From Deltaproteobacteria bacterium (lineage in GTDB: Bacteria; SAR324; XYD2-FULL-50-16), in assembly GCA_018645005.1 (NCBI GenBank), contig JABGPJ010000099.1, positions 33-64,032 on the forward strand: a stretch of DNA of 64,000 bases, given 5' to 3'. Numbering within the stretch: position 1 is the first letter of the stretch; each line of letters starts with the position of its first letter. Below are positions 50,575-59,640 of the stretch, one piece after another. A program made the translations under genes and the position numbers. The notes under the pieces are model-generated. The model was not told the DNA's origin. It did no database searches and was given only the letters and a program-made list of their open reading frames with translations.

Positions 50575-50766
50575 CTAGTTGTTTTTCTTTAGTCGCCACT
50601 CCATTATTTTCAGATTCGTTCGATAAGCCATTCCTGCGATTTTCGAATTCGGGCAGTGTGTTGTATAACTAAAAGGAAGATGTTTGAAATTTTCAGGTTC
50701 CTTTTCTACTATGACAGGATCCCCCTGACTCAAGTAGCAAAAATATGATTGAAGTTTTTGTTGCAT
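50575..50766 (-). CDS. Possible small hypothetical protein (63 aa)
   Basis: The only ORF in the 684-nt spacer. ATG preceded by 'aggaaaagag' on the minus strand. No recognisable motif; it may be non-coding. Confidence 0.2.
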   Translation of the reverse strand: MQQKLQSYFCYLSQGDPVIVEKEPENFKHLPFSYTTHCPNSKIAGMAYRTNLKIMEWRLKKNN

Positions 50767-51124
50767 CTCTTTTCCTGTAACTTTTATTCAGATTAGCTCA
50801 AGTGACAATGATAATTATGCAACCTCCCTGCCTTGTCTGACTTACATGTCAAAAAAGTATTGAAAAATGTTGGTATTTGGTTTTCCCCCATTAGCGGCTT
50901 CTTTGATTAATTATCTTTTTGCTTTATGTTTGATTTGAATTCAGGTTATAATAGCAATAACGTTTATTTTATTTAATCATTTCAACAGTCCATTAGGTTT
51001 GAAGATCAAGGACGGTGCCAATGTAAATTTGAATCAAAGAATGTTGAGTCCTTTTCGGGAGATTTCCAGTAGAAGCTTAGTCATTTAAGCAATTTGGAGT
51101 AAAACTGATAATAATGGAGCGGCT

Positions 51125-53347
51125 ATGAGACATATCTTAACCAATTTATTAAAGAAATCAACTGAACAGGGACAGGTGCGTGACGAAATCGCCTCCTTTG
51201 AATCCTATCTGGATCTGACCAAGAGTGAACCATGGATTACCCGAAATTCGACGCAGTTGCTGCATGATATGATTCTCTCAAAAGGGGTTGAGCATGCCAT
51301 GATTGCCGGAAAACCGGTGAAGCATACCTACCGTTTTTTTGAAAGTGAAGATTTTGTGGGTCCGTTTGTGGTTTTTGGCCAGCAGAAAGCTAAGGAAAAC
51401 CTGATTGAAAAAATTCACAATGCCAGTCGCGGTCTGGAATCATCCAAACGACTTTGGATTCTACTCGGTCCTCCTGGATCGGCAAAATCCAGATCGATGG
51501 ATGGCATCAAGAGGGCCTTAAACCACTATTCGCTATCGGAAGATGGAAAAACTTATTTTCTGCTGATTCCAACTGTCGATGAGCGATTGAAGGACAAAGC
51601 ACTCTTTCAGGAAAGCGGTGTTTACTATCTACAGGCACCACTCTTCGAACCCCCTTTGCTGGTCGTCCCTCATGATATCAGAGAAAAACTGGCAGAAGAA
51701 CTTACCCGCTCCATCGATAAGAAATCGATTAACAAATGGCTGAAGCGGCACCCGCATCATGATAACGAGTTTAAAATACAGATCGACGGCTTGATTTCCC
51801 CCTTTTCAGATCATGTAATCAGAGATTTTATGCGGGCAAAGGGGCTGTCATTTCCAGAACTCATTCCATTTCTGAAAGTAAAAAGAATGGTATTTGACGC
51901 CCGGACAAAAAGTGGAATCGGATCTTATACGCCACGGGATGAGAAGAGTCAGGAGGCAGGTTCTCTAGTCGGAAACATTGACTACAGTCTATTGCCACGC
52001 TTTGGGAGCGAATCCCATCCACTGGTTCACGATTACAAGGGGGAGCTTTGCGCGGGCGCAAATGGGTTTGTCGAAATCCATGAAATTTTAAAACTATCCG
52101 ACAAATTTCTCTATGAGCTTCTGTTCGCAACACAGGATCGTTTCTTTAAGCCGGAAGGTCAGTCTCCCATACCATTTAACGGCGTGATTATTGGGCATAC
52201 CAACTTTCATGAGTTCAATATGTTTATGTCGAACCCGACATTTGAAGCGTTACGGTCCCGAACCACCTTTATCGAGATGCCCCTCTCGGTCAACTATAAA
52301 CAGGAAGAGCAAATCTACGCGTTTACGTACTCTAATGACGTCCGGAGCTGGAATAAAAAGAAGAAACACCAGTCTCATGTAGCTCCCCACAGTCTGGCAT
52401 TCTTGAGCCTTGTTGCGGTCATGTCCCGCCTGTACGGTTCCAAGCAGAACGAGAACCTGTCTTTGTTGCAAAAAGCGTTGATATACGCTGGTAGAGCGGA
52501 TAGCGGGGTTGATAACAACATGTCAAAAATGATTCTGGAGGAGTTTGAATATGTCAGGCCGTCAGAAGGAACTTTTGGACTGGATCCGCGGTTTATCCAG
52601 AATGTTGTGGAGTACACGGATCACTTTCAAATCAGTGAATATGCAGCAAATATCAGCAAGCTGAGGGAAGAATCAGGAGATCACGCCATGCTGACCTCCA
52701 TTGCACTCCAAAACCCCTGCGTTACACCTCTCGACCTGTATGTGAGGCTGGAACATGCGTTGAAAGAGATTTTTGCAACGGATAAAACCAAAATGAGCCA
52801 CTATGTGGAAAAGATTACCCCACAGGCTAAAAACTGGATTTTTGGCCAGGTAGCCAGTGATGTCTACAGTGCCATATTACGAGATGACTCGGTGATCGAG
52901 ACCACATGGAAAAAATATGCAGATCATGTCCGGGCCTATGCTCACAGTGCTAAAGTTAAACATGATGTAACACAAATGGATGTCCAACCGGATGAAAAAT
53001 TCATGCAGGCGATCGAGCAATATCTGGGGATTCCGGATCGGGACGTTTTCCGAAAAGAGCTGAGTGATGCGATTGCCAGCGTTAACTTCGCCGTCTTGCT
53101 TTCTGATGAGCCATCTTATCAAGGAGCTATCAAGAAATATGTTTTCGAAAATGAATTTAAAGCCAGTGAGAATATGAAACTCCTGGGTTGGATAAAGAGT
53201 GGCACCAGCGCAGCCAACATCCATGTTAAAGAGCAGGAACATCTCAACGAAACAATCAAATATCTGATCGAGACCAAGGGGTACTGCGGTAAATGCGCAT
53301 TTCAAGCGCTGAGTATTACTGCAAACGCTTCCAGTATTGTTACTTAG
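51125..53347 (+). CDS. prkA: PrkA-family AAA+ serine protein kinase (YeaG-like)
   Basis: 740 aa. Walker A 'LLGPPGSAKSR' preceded by 'FVVFGQQKAKENLIEKIHNASRGLESSKRL'. 'GFVEIHEILKLSDKFLYELLFATQD' is collinear with E. coli YeaG 'MEFVEMFKAPIKVLHPLLTATQE'. Confidence 0.88.
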   Translation: MRHILTNLLKKSTEQGQVRDEIASFESYLDLTKSEPWITRNSTQLLHDMILSKGVEHAMIAGKPVKHTYRFFESEDFVGPFVVFGQQKAKENLIEKIHNASRGLESSKRLWILLGPPGSAKSRSMDGIKRALNHYSLSEDGKTYFLLIPTVDERLKDKALFQESGVYYLQAPLFEPPLLVVPHDIREKLAEELTRSIDKKSINKWLKRHPHHDNEFKIQIDGLISPFSDHVIRDFMRAKGLSFPELIPFLKVKRMVFDARTKSGIGSYTPRDEKSQEAGSLVGNIDYSLLPRFGSESHPLVHDYKGELCAGANGFVEIHEILKLSDKFLYELLFATQDRFFKPEGQSPIPFNGVIIGHTNFHEFNMFMSNPTFEALRSRTTFIEMPLSVNYKQEEQIYAFTYSNDVRSWNKKKKHQSHVAPHSLAFLSLVAVMSRLYGSKQNENLSLLQKALIYAGRADSGVDNNMSKMILEEFEYVRPSEGTFGLDPRFIQNVVEYTDHFQISEYAANISKLREESGDHAMLTSIALQNPCVTPLDLYVRLEHALKEIFATDKTKMSHYVEKITPQAKNWIFGQVASDVYSAILRDDSVIETTWKKYADHVRAYAHSAKVKHDVTQMDVQPDEKFMQAIEQYLGIPDRDVFRKELSDAIASVNFAVLLSDEPSYQGAIKKYVFENEFKASENMKLLGWIKSGTSAANIHVKEQEHLNETIKYLIETKGYCGKCAFQALSITANASSIVT

Positions 53348-53446
53348 GTTTAATCTACAAAATCGGCAGTTTTGAGAATATGAAGATCAGGCTGCAGACT
53401 TTGCCGGATCATCAGGACAGCCAGTGCAGATAACAGGACGGTAAAA

Positions 53447-54514
53447 ATGCAGGAAGATAAAATCAATTCGAATGAATCGGAAGGGGTCTTCAACGATTTT
53501 ATCGATGAAAAAATCTCAGATATGATCGATGAAGTTCTAAACGAAGGCAACCTTGAAACATTAGGGGACCGAGGTAGTGAAATTGTGGTTGAGATCGATG
53601 ATATCACCGTGCCGACATTTTCATATGGTGATGAGGGGGAAGGACAGGGCGGCGGTCAAGGGCCTGGCAGAGAAGGAGGCAAGATCCGCTTTAATCTCCC
53701 GTTTAATAAATTCATGGCGTTGTTGGCTGAAAAACTAAAATTGCCCAATCTGACCAAAGAGGGCAAGGGCAAGATAAAAGAGGTCTCCTACGAGTTCAAA
53801 ACTTTTGGTCCTGTCGGTGTTATTCTGGATAGAAAAAGAACATTTAAACGGTCGCTTCGCACCAGTATCGGGGTGGGCTCTTATGACCCCGCCCATGGGA
53901 AGTATACTGTCGAATTTCTGAGAAGAGACAAACGATTTAAAGTGCCACAACGGGTTGAAAAACCCAAATTCAAAGCAGTTGTGTTTTATATGGGGGATAT
54001 CTCCTATTCCACCCATGGGCAACGGCTGGCTTCAGAGAAAAGGATGGTCAATTTTATCAAAAACTGGCTGGACTATAATTATGGCGCCCGCAACGTTGAT
54101 CATCGATTTTTTGTCCACGATGTCAAAGCCTATGAAGTTCAGGAGAATGAGTTTTATCGGGTCGGAAACGTCGGTGGGACCCGCGCTGCTATCGTATTTG
54201 AACTGATATATCAAATTGCCTTTGGTGAGTATGATACCGCTACAACCAATTATTACGGGTTCTATTTTGGAGATGGGGAAATATTTGGATCCGATGGGCA
54301 GGAGATCGTCAACATTCTTAAGGACAATATCTGCCCAATCTTTAATCGGGTGGGCGTAGTCGAGGTTTTTCCCTCCCAATGGAGTAAATTAATCGTCGAG
54401 CTAGAGCGGGAATTTGCTGTAGATGGAATCGTCAGAATGAGTCGATACCGTTCTAATGCAGATACCATTACAACCATTAAAAAACTGTTTGCTGATTCCG
54501 AGCAAGGTTCATAA
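53447..54514 (+). CDS. DUF444 (YeaH/YhbH) family protein with vWA-like domain
   Basis: 355 aa. Gly-rich 'GEGQGGGQGPG', 'FMALLAEKLKLPNL', MIDAS-like 'AVVFYMGDISYS' (DxSxS) and 'EFYRVGNVGGT' are collinear with E. coli YeaH motifs. Confidence 0.85.
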   Translation: MQEDKINSNESEGVFNDFIDEKISDMIDEVLNEGNLETLGDRGSEIVVEIDDITVPTFSYGDEGEGQGGGQGPGREGGKIRFNLPFNKFMALLAEKLKLPNLTKEGKGKIKEVSYEFKTFGPVGVILDRKRTFKRSLRTSIGVGSYDPAHGKYTVEFLRRDKRFKVPQRVEKPKFKAVVFYMGDISYSTHGQRLASEKRMVNFIKNWLDYNYGARNVDHRFFVHDVKAYEVQENEFYRVGNVGGTRAAIVFELIYQIAFGEYDTATTNYYGFYFGDGEIFGSDGQEIVNILKDNICPIFNRVGVVEVFPSQWSKLIVELEREFAVDGIVRMSRYRSNADTITTIKKLFADSEQGS

Positions 54515-54570
54515 TAACTAAATTAGACTCTGGATCTTGTTGGGTTGAGAATTTTTTTTGGGGTTAATCC

Positions 54571-56190
54571 ATGAAACTTGTTAAAACGGACCCGATACTC
54601 CATGAATTGGAATCACGTGTAATCTGGCATGCAAAGAATATGGGCCGTACCCTACCTGAAATACGGTTTTTTATTCTGGATCGTATTGAATTTGCCTCTC
54701 TCCTGGAAAAACATGTTTATCCAACCAGTCCAATAAACATGTGGGAGGGGAAGCGCATGGTTACAAAAAAATTCAATATTGAATCTGGACAGGAGTCCAG
54801 CCTCTATTATGAAGTCGTCCAGACTGGTAATCCTTCGTATGCTTACCTGAATAATACCAATTCACCTATGACGCAGGCGTCTGTCATGGCTCATGTGGTA
54901 GGACATTGTGAGTTTTCAGAGCTGAATGTTCTGCAGGATTCAAACCCGGACCGCACTGAATATGTTATGCATCTGGTGAAGAAAGTCAATATGGGACAGC
55001 AGCAGATGGGTGAGAAAAACTATCTTGAGTTCTGGAATGCTGCTGAATCAGTCATTCCCTTGATTGCGCCCCACTCCCAATTCAATCTTGATCGTTCAGT
55101 AGAAGACGAGTCATTTCGGTATCATGAAACTGAAAAAGAGGATCTTGTGACACCGACTCAAAAGATGATGAAACCCTTTTCCCACACAATGGATGTTCTT
55201 TTACAGCATGATTCACTTGAGGTCGTCTGGAAAAAGGAACAGACAAAAAAAGATCAACAAGAGCAGATCAGCCGCAGAGGCTTTCGCTTACGCCAGCCCT
55301 GTCAGGATATACTGGGTTTTCTCCGTCGTTATGCTCCCACCAGCCAAGCCGAAAAGGCCATCCTTGATTATATGTATGTTTCCCATGCCACCCATGATTT
55401 TGTGAGACGTTCTCAAATCATGAATGAGGGCTGGGCGATGTACTGGGAAAAGAAGATCATGTTGAATCTTTTCGCCGAAAATGCGGTGAAAGGTATTATA
55501 GATTACGCCAAAGTATTTTCGGGTGTTTGCTCCCCACGCCCTTTTTTCATGCGCAATCCTTACCATCTTGGATACCATCTCTGGAATCATATAGAAGAGC
55601 TCTATCGGGACGGAAAAGTTGATCTGGATTTTATTGAGGAGACCGATCAGCAAAAAAGAGAGCTCTGGAAAAAACCTGGCACTACGGAACCACTTGCAGC
55701 TATGGAACACCTGGTGAGAACCATCACCGACTATGAGTTTCTGAGGCGTTTTTTGACCGATGAGCTTGTGGAAACCTTTCATTTGAATCGAATTCCCAAA
55801 TTTTATGTGAATCGCATGGGTTTGAACAAGGATGCTATCATCCGGGATGACGACCATTATGTCTGGATCGCTCCGCAACCAGTAAAAGAGGAGATGTTGA
55901 CCTTTTTTACCCATTTTCAACGCCCACGCATATATCTCATTGATACTGATTTTATAGATGGTGGATTACTGTTGTTTCACAGGGATGACAACCATAAGCT
56001 ACGCAAGGACTGGATACGGCCAACATTAAAAAACGTCAACTATATTTGGAAAGGAGCTGTCTCTTTAATTTCCGGCGGCGCTCTGTATTCGTTTTCGAAT
56101 AACCGGCTTTCAGAAAAAAGTTTGCCAGATTCGACTTTTGAGCAGGTGCTGGAGCGGATGAAAAAATCGGAAAAACCCTTTATTGCATGA
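54571..56190 (+). CDS. SpoVR/YcgB family protein
   Basis: 539 aa. 'LPEIRFFILDRIEFASLLE', 'VMAHVVGHCEF' and 'IMNEGWAMYWEKKIM' are typical SpoVR-family motifs. Confidence 0.88.
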   Translation: MKLVKTDPILHELESRVIWHAKNMGRTLPEIRFFILDRIEFASLLEKHVYPTSPINMWEGKRMVTKKFNIESGQESSLYYEVVQTGNPSYAYLNNTNSPMTQASVMAHVVGHCEFSELNVLQDSNPDRTEYVMHLVKKVNMGQQQMGEKNYLEFWNAAESVIPLIAPHSQFNLDRSVEDESFRYHETEKEDLVTPTQKMMKPFSHTMDVLLQHDSLEVVWKKEQTKKDQQEQISRRGFRLRQPCQDILGFLRRYAPTSQAEKAILDYMYVSHATHDFVRRSQIMNEGWAMYWEKKIMLNLFAENAVKGIIDYAKVFSGVCSPRPFFMRNPYHLGYHLWNHIEELYRDGKVDLDFIEETDQQKRELWKKPGTTEPLAAMEHLVRTITDYEFLRRFLTDELVETFHLNRIPKFYVNRMGLNKDAIIRDDDHYVWIAPQPVKEEMLTFFTHFQRPRIYLIDTDFIDGGLLLFHRDDNHKLRKDWIRPTLKNVNYIWKGAVSLISGGALYSFSNNRLSEKSLPDSTFEQVLERMKKSEKPFIA

Positions 56191-56196
56191 GGCGCC

Positions 56197-58701
56197 ATGG
56201 AATCTCTTAACCTTGAAGAATTACTGGCGGGACAAAAAAAAAGAAGTCTGCGTTTTTCAGAATTTATTAACAATGTTGTTGAAAATCCCGATGAACATCT
56301 TCACACATCGTCATCGTTGATATCCGATGCAATCAAGTTCTTCGGATTTGAAATTGTTGTGAGGAGCGGTGAACCCATCATCAGTTACAATATATTCAAA
56401 GACCTTTTTTCAACAGGAATCAATGCGGTTTTCGGGCAGGAGCACTGTATTAAACACATCGTTGATGTGATCGAATCTTTTGATAATGAAGCCAGCCTCA
56501 ACCGTGGTATTGTTCTGGTTGGCCCACCGGCTTCAGGAAAAACCAACATCGTTGATTTAATCGTCAGAGCGCTTGAAGAATACACCAAGCAGAAGACGAT
56601 AAAACTGGTCTCGTTTTATTTTAGTTTTTCAAATGTGCAAGGACAGTCAATCGAGATACGTTCCCAGTTTCATCACAATCCTACCCTTCTGATTCCCATC
56701 ACGATGCAAGGAAATGATGGGGAAATTATACATCCCCGAAAAATGCTGTTTGACTATATCAAACGGAAGGCTGGAAAACCGGGCGAAGTCCTGATCCCCA
56801 ATTTTTATTTGAATGCCACTCTGGATAAACGGACGCTGGATATCCTGGAAGCATTGTTGCAAAATCCAGCGATCAAGGGCAAATCGTTGTATGACGTTTT
56901 AGAGGAGTATGTTCGCATCGAAGAGATAGAGTTTTCAACTTCCCAGGCGAAAGGTATTTCCAATATCGATGATACAAGTTATTTGAGAGCCCGAGTCAAT
57001 CCGATCATGCTGGATGCTGGAAATATGGCGATACTGAACGAACATATGCCAGGCAAGATTCTTTATCGATACGATGGTGCAATTGTTGACTCCAACCGGG
57101 GAATACTGCATATTCATGACGCTTTTGGCTTGGATGATGGTTCCAAAGAGAGGGATTACAAGCCATTGCTGATGCTACTGGGTAGTGGGAAAGTCTCTAT
57201 CGAATCGACACAGGCATCCGTCGATAATACCGTTGTTGTTACGACCAATATAGAGGAGATGAAAAACCTTGATAAAAAACTGGACTCATCAAAGCTGTTG
57301 GACCGAATAGAGCGGGTACCGGTCAACTATTTGCTGGATGCTAATTCTGAGATGGATATTCTAAGGCGGGATATGTCCAATATGAGGGAGCAGTACGATG
57401 TCGATCCCAACTTGCTGCGCATTGCTGCCTATTACTCTGTCCTGACGCGTTTGTTGCCACCTGTGCGAAAGAACCTCCCTGAACAGTGGAGCGAGGAAAA
57501 AATCAAATTCTATCACTCCATCACACCAGAGCAGAAACTCTATATTTATGCTGCGCACAGTGAAGATCCTGTCCGTACGATTCAGGAACTGCCGCACTGG
57601 CATCCATTTCACAATGAGATGGTGCGTTTGGGATTGAATAGTTTTGATGCCGAGACATTTGGCAGCTATATCGTTGCCCATCCCCGAGCGGTAAATCTGA
57701 GGGAGAGTAACCTCTTCACCAACGAGCAGCTTCAGATGATTGATAATGAATTCATGCGAGTGCTCTGGAACGAACATTTTCCAAATGAAGGTATCAGCGG
57801 TATCTCAGTCAGGCAACTCCAGAATATCATGCGTAACACAATAACTCATTCAGATGGTCGGAAAATACATGTGGGGATTTTTCTCAAGCAATTGAGCAGA
57901 ATAATCGATGAGGGGCCTGAATTACATCACTGGCTCGCAAGTGATGACACGATTAAAAGGGAGAAACCCCCGGTACCGTACATGCGATACGGATACTCAT
58001 TGGAGCAAGATGAAATTGAAGGGGTTGGCAATTATGGTCATTTCAGAAATTTGGTGGATGTTGTCCGGAATCTTTATTATTCCATCTTGAAGAACGAGAT
58101 CACTGTCTGCACTGTCGATCGGGATCCCCTCCAGATAGAACAGGATCTGCGGCGTTATATTCAATATGCACTGCTCAACAGCGCCGTCCTGAACAAGGCT
58201 TTTTCTCACATCATGATTCCAAAATTTTCTTTTGTTGATCCCCAGACTGGCAAGAAGGTCGATAAACCGGACACCAACTACATGCAGGTCATTGAAGCAA
58301 TCATTGAGCCGGAAAAAGATATGGAAGAGACCCGGGAAGAATTGGCTCAAAAGTTTTTAAAATGTCAAAGCTCAAATGAGATAAAACTTGAAGAAGGTAA
58401 GTCCGTCATTGCCTCTAAACAGGATAGTTTTCTGCAATGTTTTGCCAATGAATACGGACTACTCCTCTCCCATCGAAAAGTGGATGAGGGTATAAACCCT
58501 GAACAGTTAAAAAATGCCTTTTTCCATAAAAAAAACAGCCCGGAACGTATGAATCAGTACAGCGAAAATATTCATGACATGATGGACAATATTCTCAATA
58601 ATATGTGCCGCCTCTTTGCTTACTCAGAAGGCATCGCCCTGGATACTGTTGTTTTCTCATTGAGAAAGGGGATCATCCGTTTTGAAGAGATTTTACGGTA
58701 G
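56197..58701 (+). CDS. Second, divergent PrkA-like AAA+ protein
   Basis: 834 aa. 'VFGQEHCIKHIVDVIESFDNEASLNRGIVLVGPPASGKTNIVDLI' has the same layout as the PrkA N-terminal AAA region. 'GILHIHDAFGL...YKPLLMLLGSGKV' parallels 'GFVEIHEILKL...LYELLFATQD' of 51125..53347. The start is 6 nt after the spoVR stop. Confidence 0.7.
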   Translation: MESLNLEELLAGQKKRSLRFSEFINNVVENPDEHLHTSSSLISDAIKFFGFEIVVRSGEPIISYNIFKDLFSTGINAVFGQEHCIKHIVDVIESFDNEASLNRGIVLVGPPASGKTNIVDLIVRALEEYTKQKTIKLVSFYFSFSNVQGQSIEIRSQFHHNPTLLIPITMQGNDGEIIHPRKMLFDYIKRKAGKPGEVLIPNFYLNATLDKRTLDILEALLQNPAIKGKSLYDVLEEYVRIEEIEFSTSQAKGISNIDDTSYLRARVNPIMLDAGNMAILNEHMPGKILYRYDGAIVDSNRGILHIHDAFGLDDGSKERDYKPLLMLLGSGKVSIESTQASVDNTVVVTTNIEEMKNLDKKLDSSKLLDRIERVPVNYLLDANSEMDILRRDMSNMREQYDVDPNLLRIAAYYSVLTRLLPPVRKNLPEQWSEEKIKFYHSITPEQKLYIYAAHSEDPVRTIQELPHWHPFHNEMVRLGLNSFDAETFGSYIVAHPRAVNLRESNLFTNEQLQMIDNEFMRVLWNEHFPNEGISGISVRQLQNIMRNTITHSDGRKIHVGIFLKQLSRIIDEGPELHHWLASDDTIKREKPPVPYMRYGYSLEQDEIEGVGNYGHFRNLVDVVRNLYYSILKNEITVCTVDRDPLQIEQDLRRYIQYALLNSAVLNKAFSHIMIPKFSFVDPQTGKKVDKPDTNYMQVIEAIIEPEKDMEETREELAQKFLKCQSSNEIKLEEGKSVIASKQDSFLQCFANEYGLLLSHRKVDEGINPEQLKNAFFHKKNSPERMNQYSENIHDMMDNILNNMCRLFAYSEGIALDTVVFSLRKGIIRFEEILR

Positions 58702-58850
58702 CCTGCTGGAACCCTTCTGTAAAAAGACAACATAGCTGATGGTGCGCTTTATGAAAGATGGCGCATGAAAAAATCGTGTTCTGGACAGGTTTGGCTACAC
58801 AAACAGGCTTTCCAATATGAAGATATAACAAATGCTTGATCGTAAAAGAC

Positions 58851-58879
58851 TTGACAAGACACGGGGTTTGAAATATTTA
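58851..58879 (+). promoter_or_regulatory. Candidate sigma70-type promoter upstream of the usp gene (TTGACA-N17-TATTTA)
   Basis: Hexamers read at 58851..58856 and 58874..58879, about 110 nt upstream of ATG 58988. Pattern match only. Confidence 0.3.
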
Positions 58880-58987
58880 TTTGCTTAAATGCTTGCATTG
58901 AAAATCGCTATTGAGTACACAGTTTTGCGTCTTAAATCAATCAATTTGGATTTTTTACCAGAATACTGAAACGAGAAAGGAGAGAGT

Positions 58988-59383
58988 ATGAAAATATTGG
59001 TCTGTTATGACGGGTCGAATATCGCGAAAAAAGCGCTGGAACTGACGCTGAAGTATGCAAAAGCATTTGACGCCCATGTAATTGCTGTTACAGCTCTCGA
59101 TGGTGATCCAGAAAAACAGCTGAATGATCTGAGTCAAGCTGAGCAAATTCTGGAATATGCTAAGAATTTTCTGACCATTGATAATCTGAGTTGTGAAGCG
59201 AAAATGCTACCTTCAAACAACCTGACAGTTGCAGAGAATATTGTATTCTTTGCGGAACAGGAAAAGGTCGATCATATTATCATCGGAACTGAAAAGAAAT
59301 CAAAAGTTGGTAAATTTTTCTTTGGATCAACCGCCCAGCATATAGTCCTATCGGCAACTTGTCCTGTGATCGCTGTAAAATAG
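58988..59383 (+). CDS. Universal stress protein (UspA family)
   Basis: 131 aa. 'KILVCYDGS', 'DHIIIGT' and 'FFFGSTAQHIVLSATCPVIAVK' are typical Usp ATP-binding-fold motifs. Confidence 0.88.
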   Translation: MKILVCYDGSNIAKKALELTLKYAKAFDAHVIAVTALDGDPEKQLNDLSQAEQILEYAKNFLTIDNLSCEAKMLPSNNLTVAENIVFFAEQEKVDHIIIGTEKKSKVGKFFFGSTAQHIVLSATCPVIAVK

Positions 59384-59640
59384 AATCAGTCTGTCCTGAT
59401 CAAGTATCCTGGCAACGGCCTGGCTGGGATCTGAGCGACAGATTGCTTTATATAGTGAAACAGCTTGCTTGATGAGTGTATTTCCCAAATTAGCTGACTC
59501 AATAGCTGGATGAGCTTTCCTTCAGAGAAAAGATCGCTATGCGATTGGTAATAAAGGAACACAACTTAACAAACCCACCTCATACCCGAAGTTTGTTCCC
59601 ACAAGATTGGATCCAAAATCGTCTTTAGCAAAACATCTCC

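Noticed and set aside
50869-50886. Possible sigma-54 promoter ('tgttggtatttggttttc') upstream of prkA
   Set aside because: The GG and GC dinucleotides are not at the canonical -24/-12 spacing (TGGCAC-N5-TTGC), so this is only a superficial resemblance.
55288-55920. 210-aa ORF antisense to the spoVR-family gene
   Set aside because: It sits within a well-supported sense gene and has no recognisable motif or ribosome-binding site. The same reasoning applies to 39102..39596 (antisense to hisG), 7559..8083 (antisense to pyk), 14429..14872 (antisense to mutS), 34045..34506 and 34654..35079 (antisense to lepA), and 57361..57777 (antisense to the second prkA-like gene).
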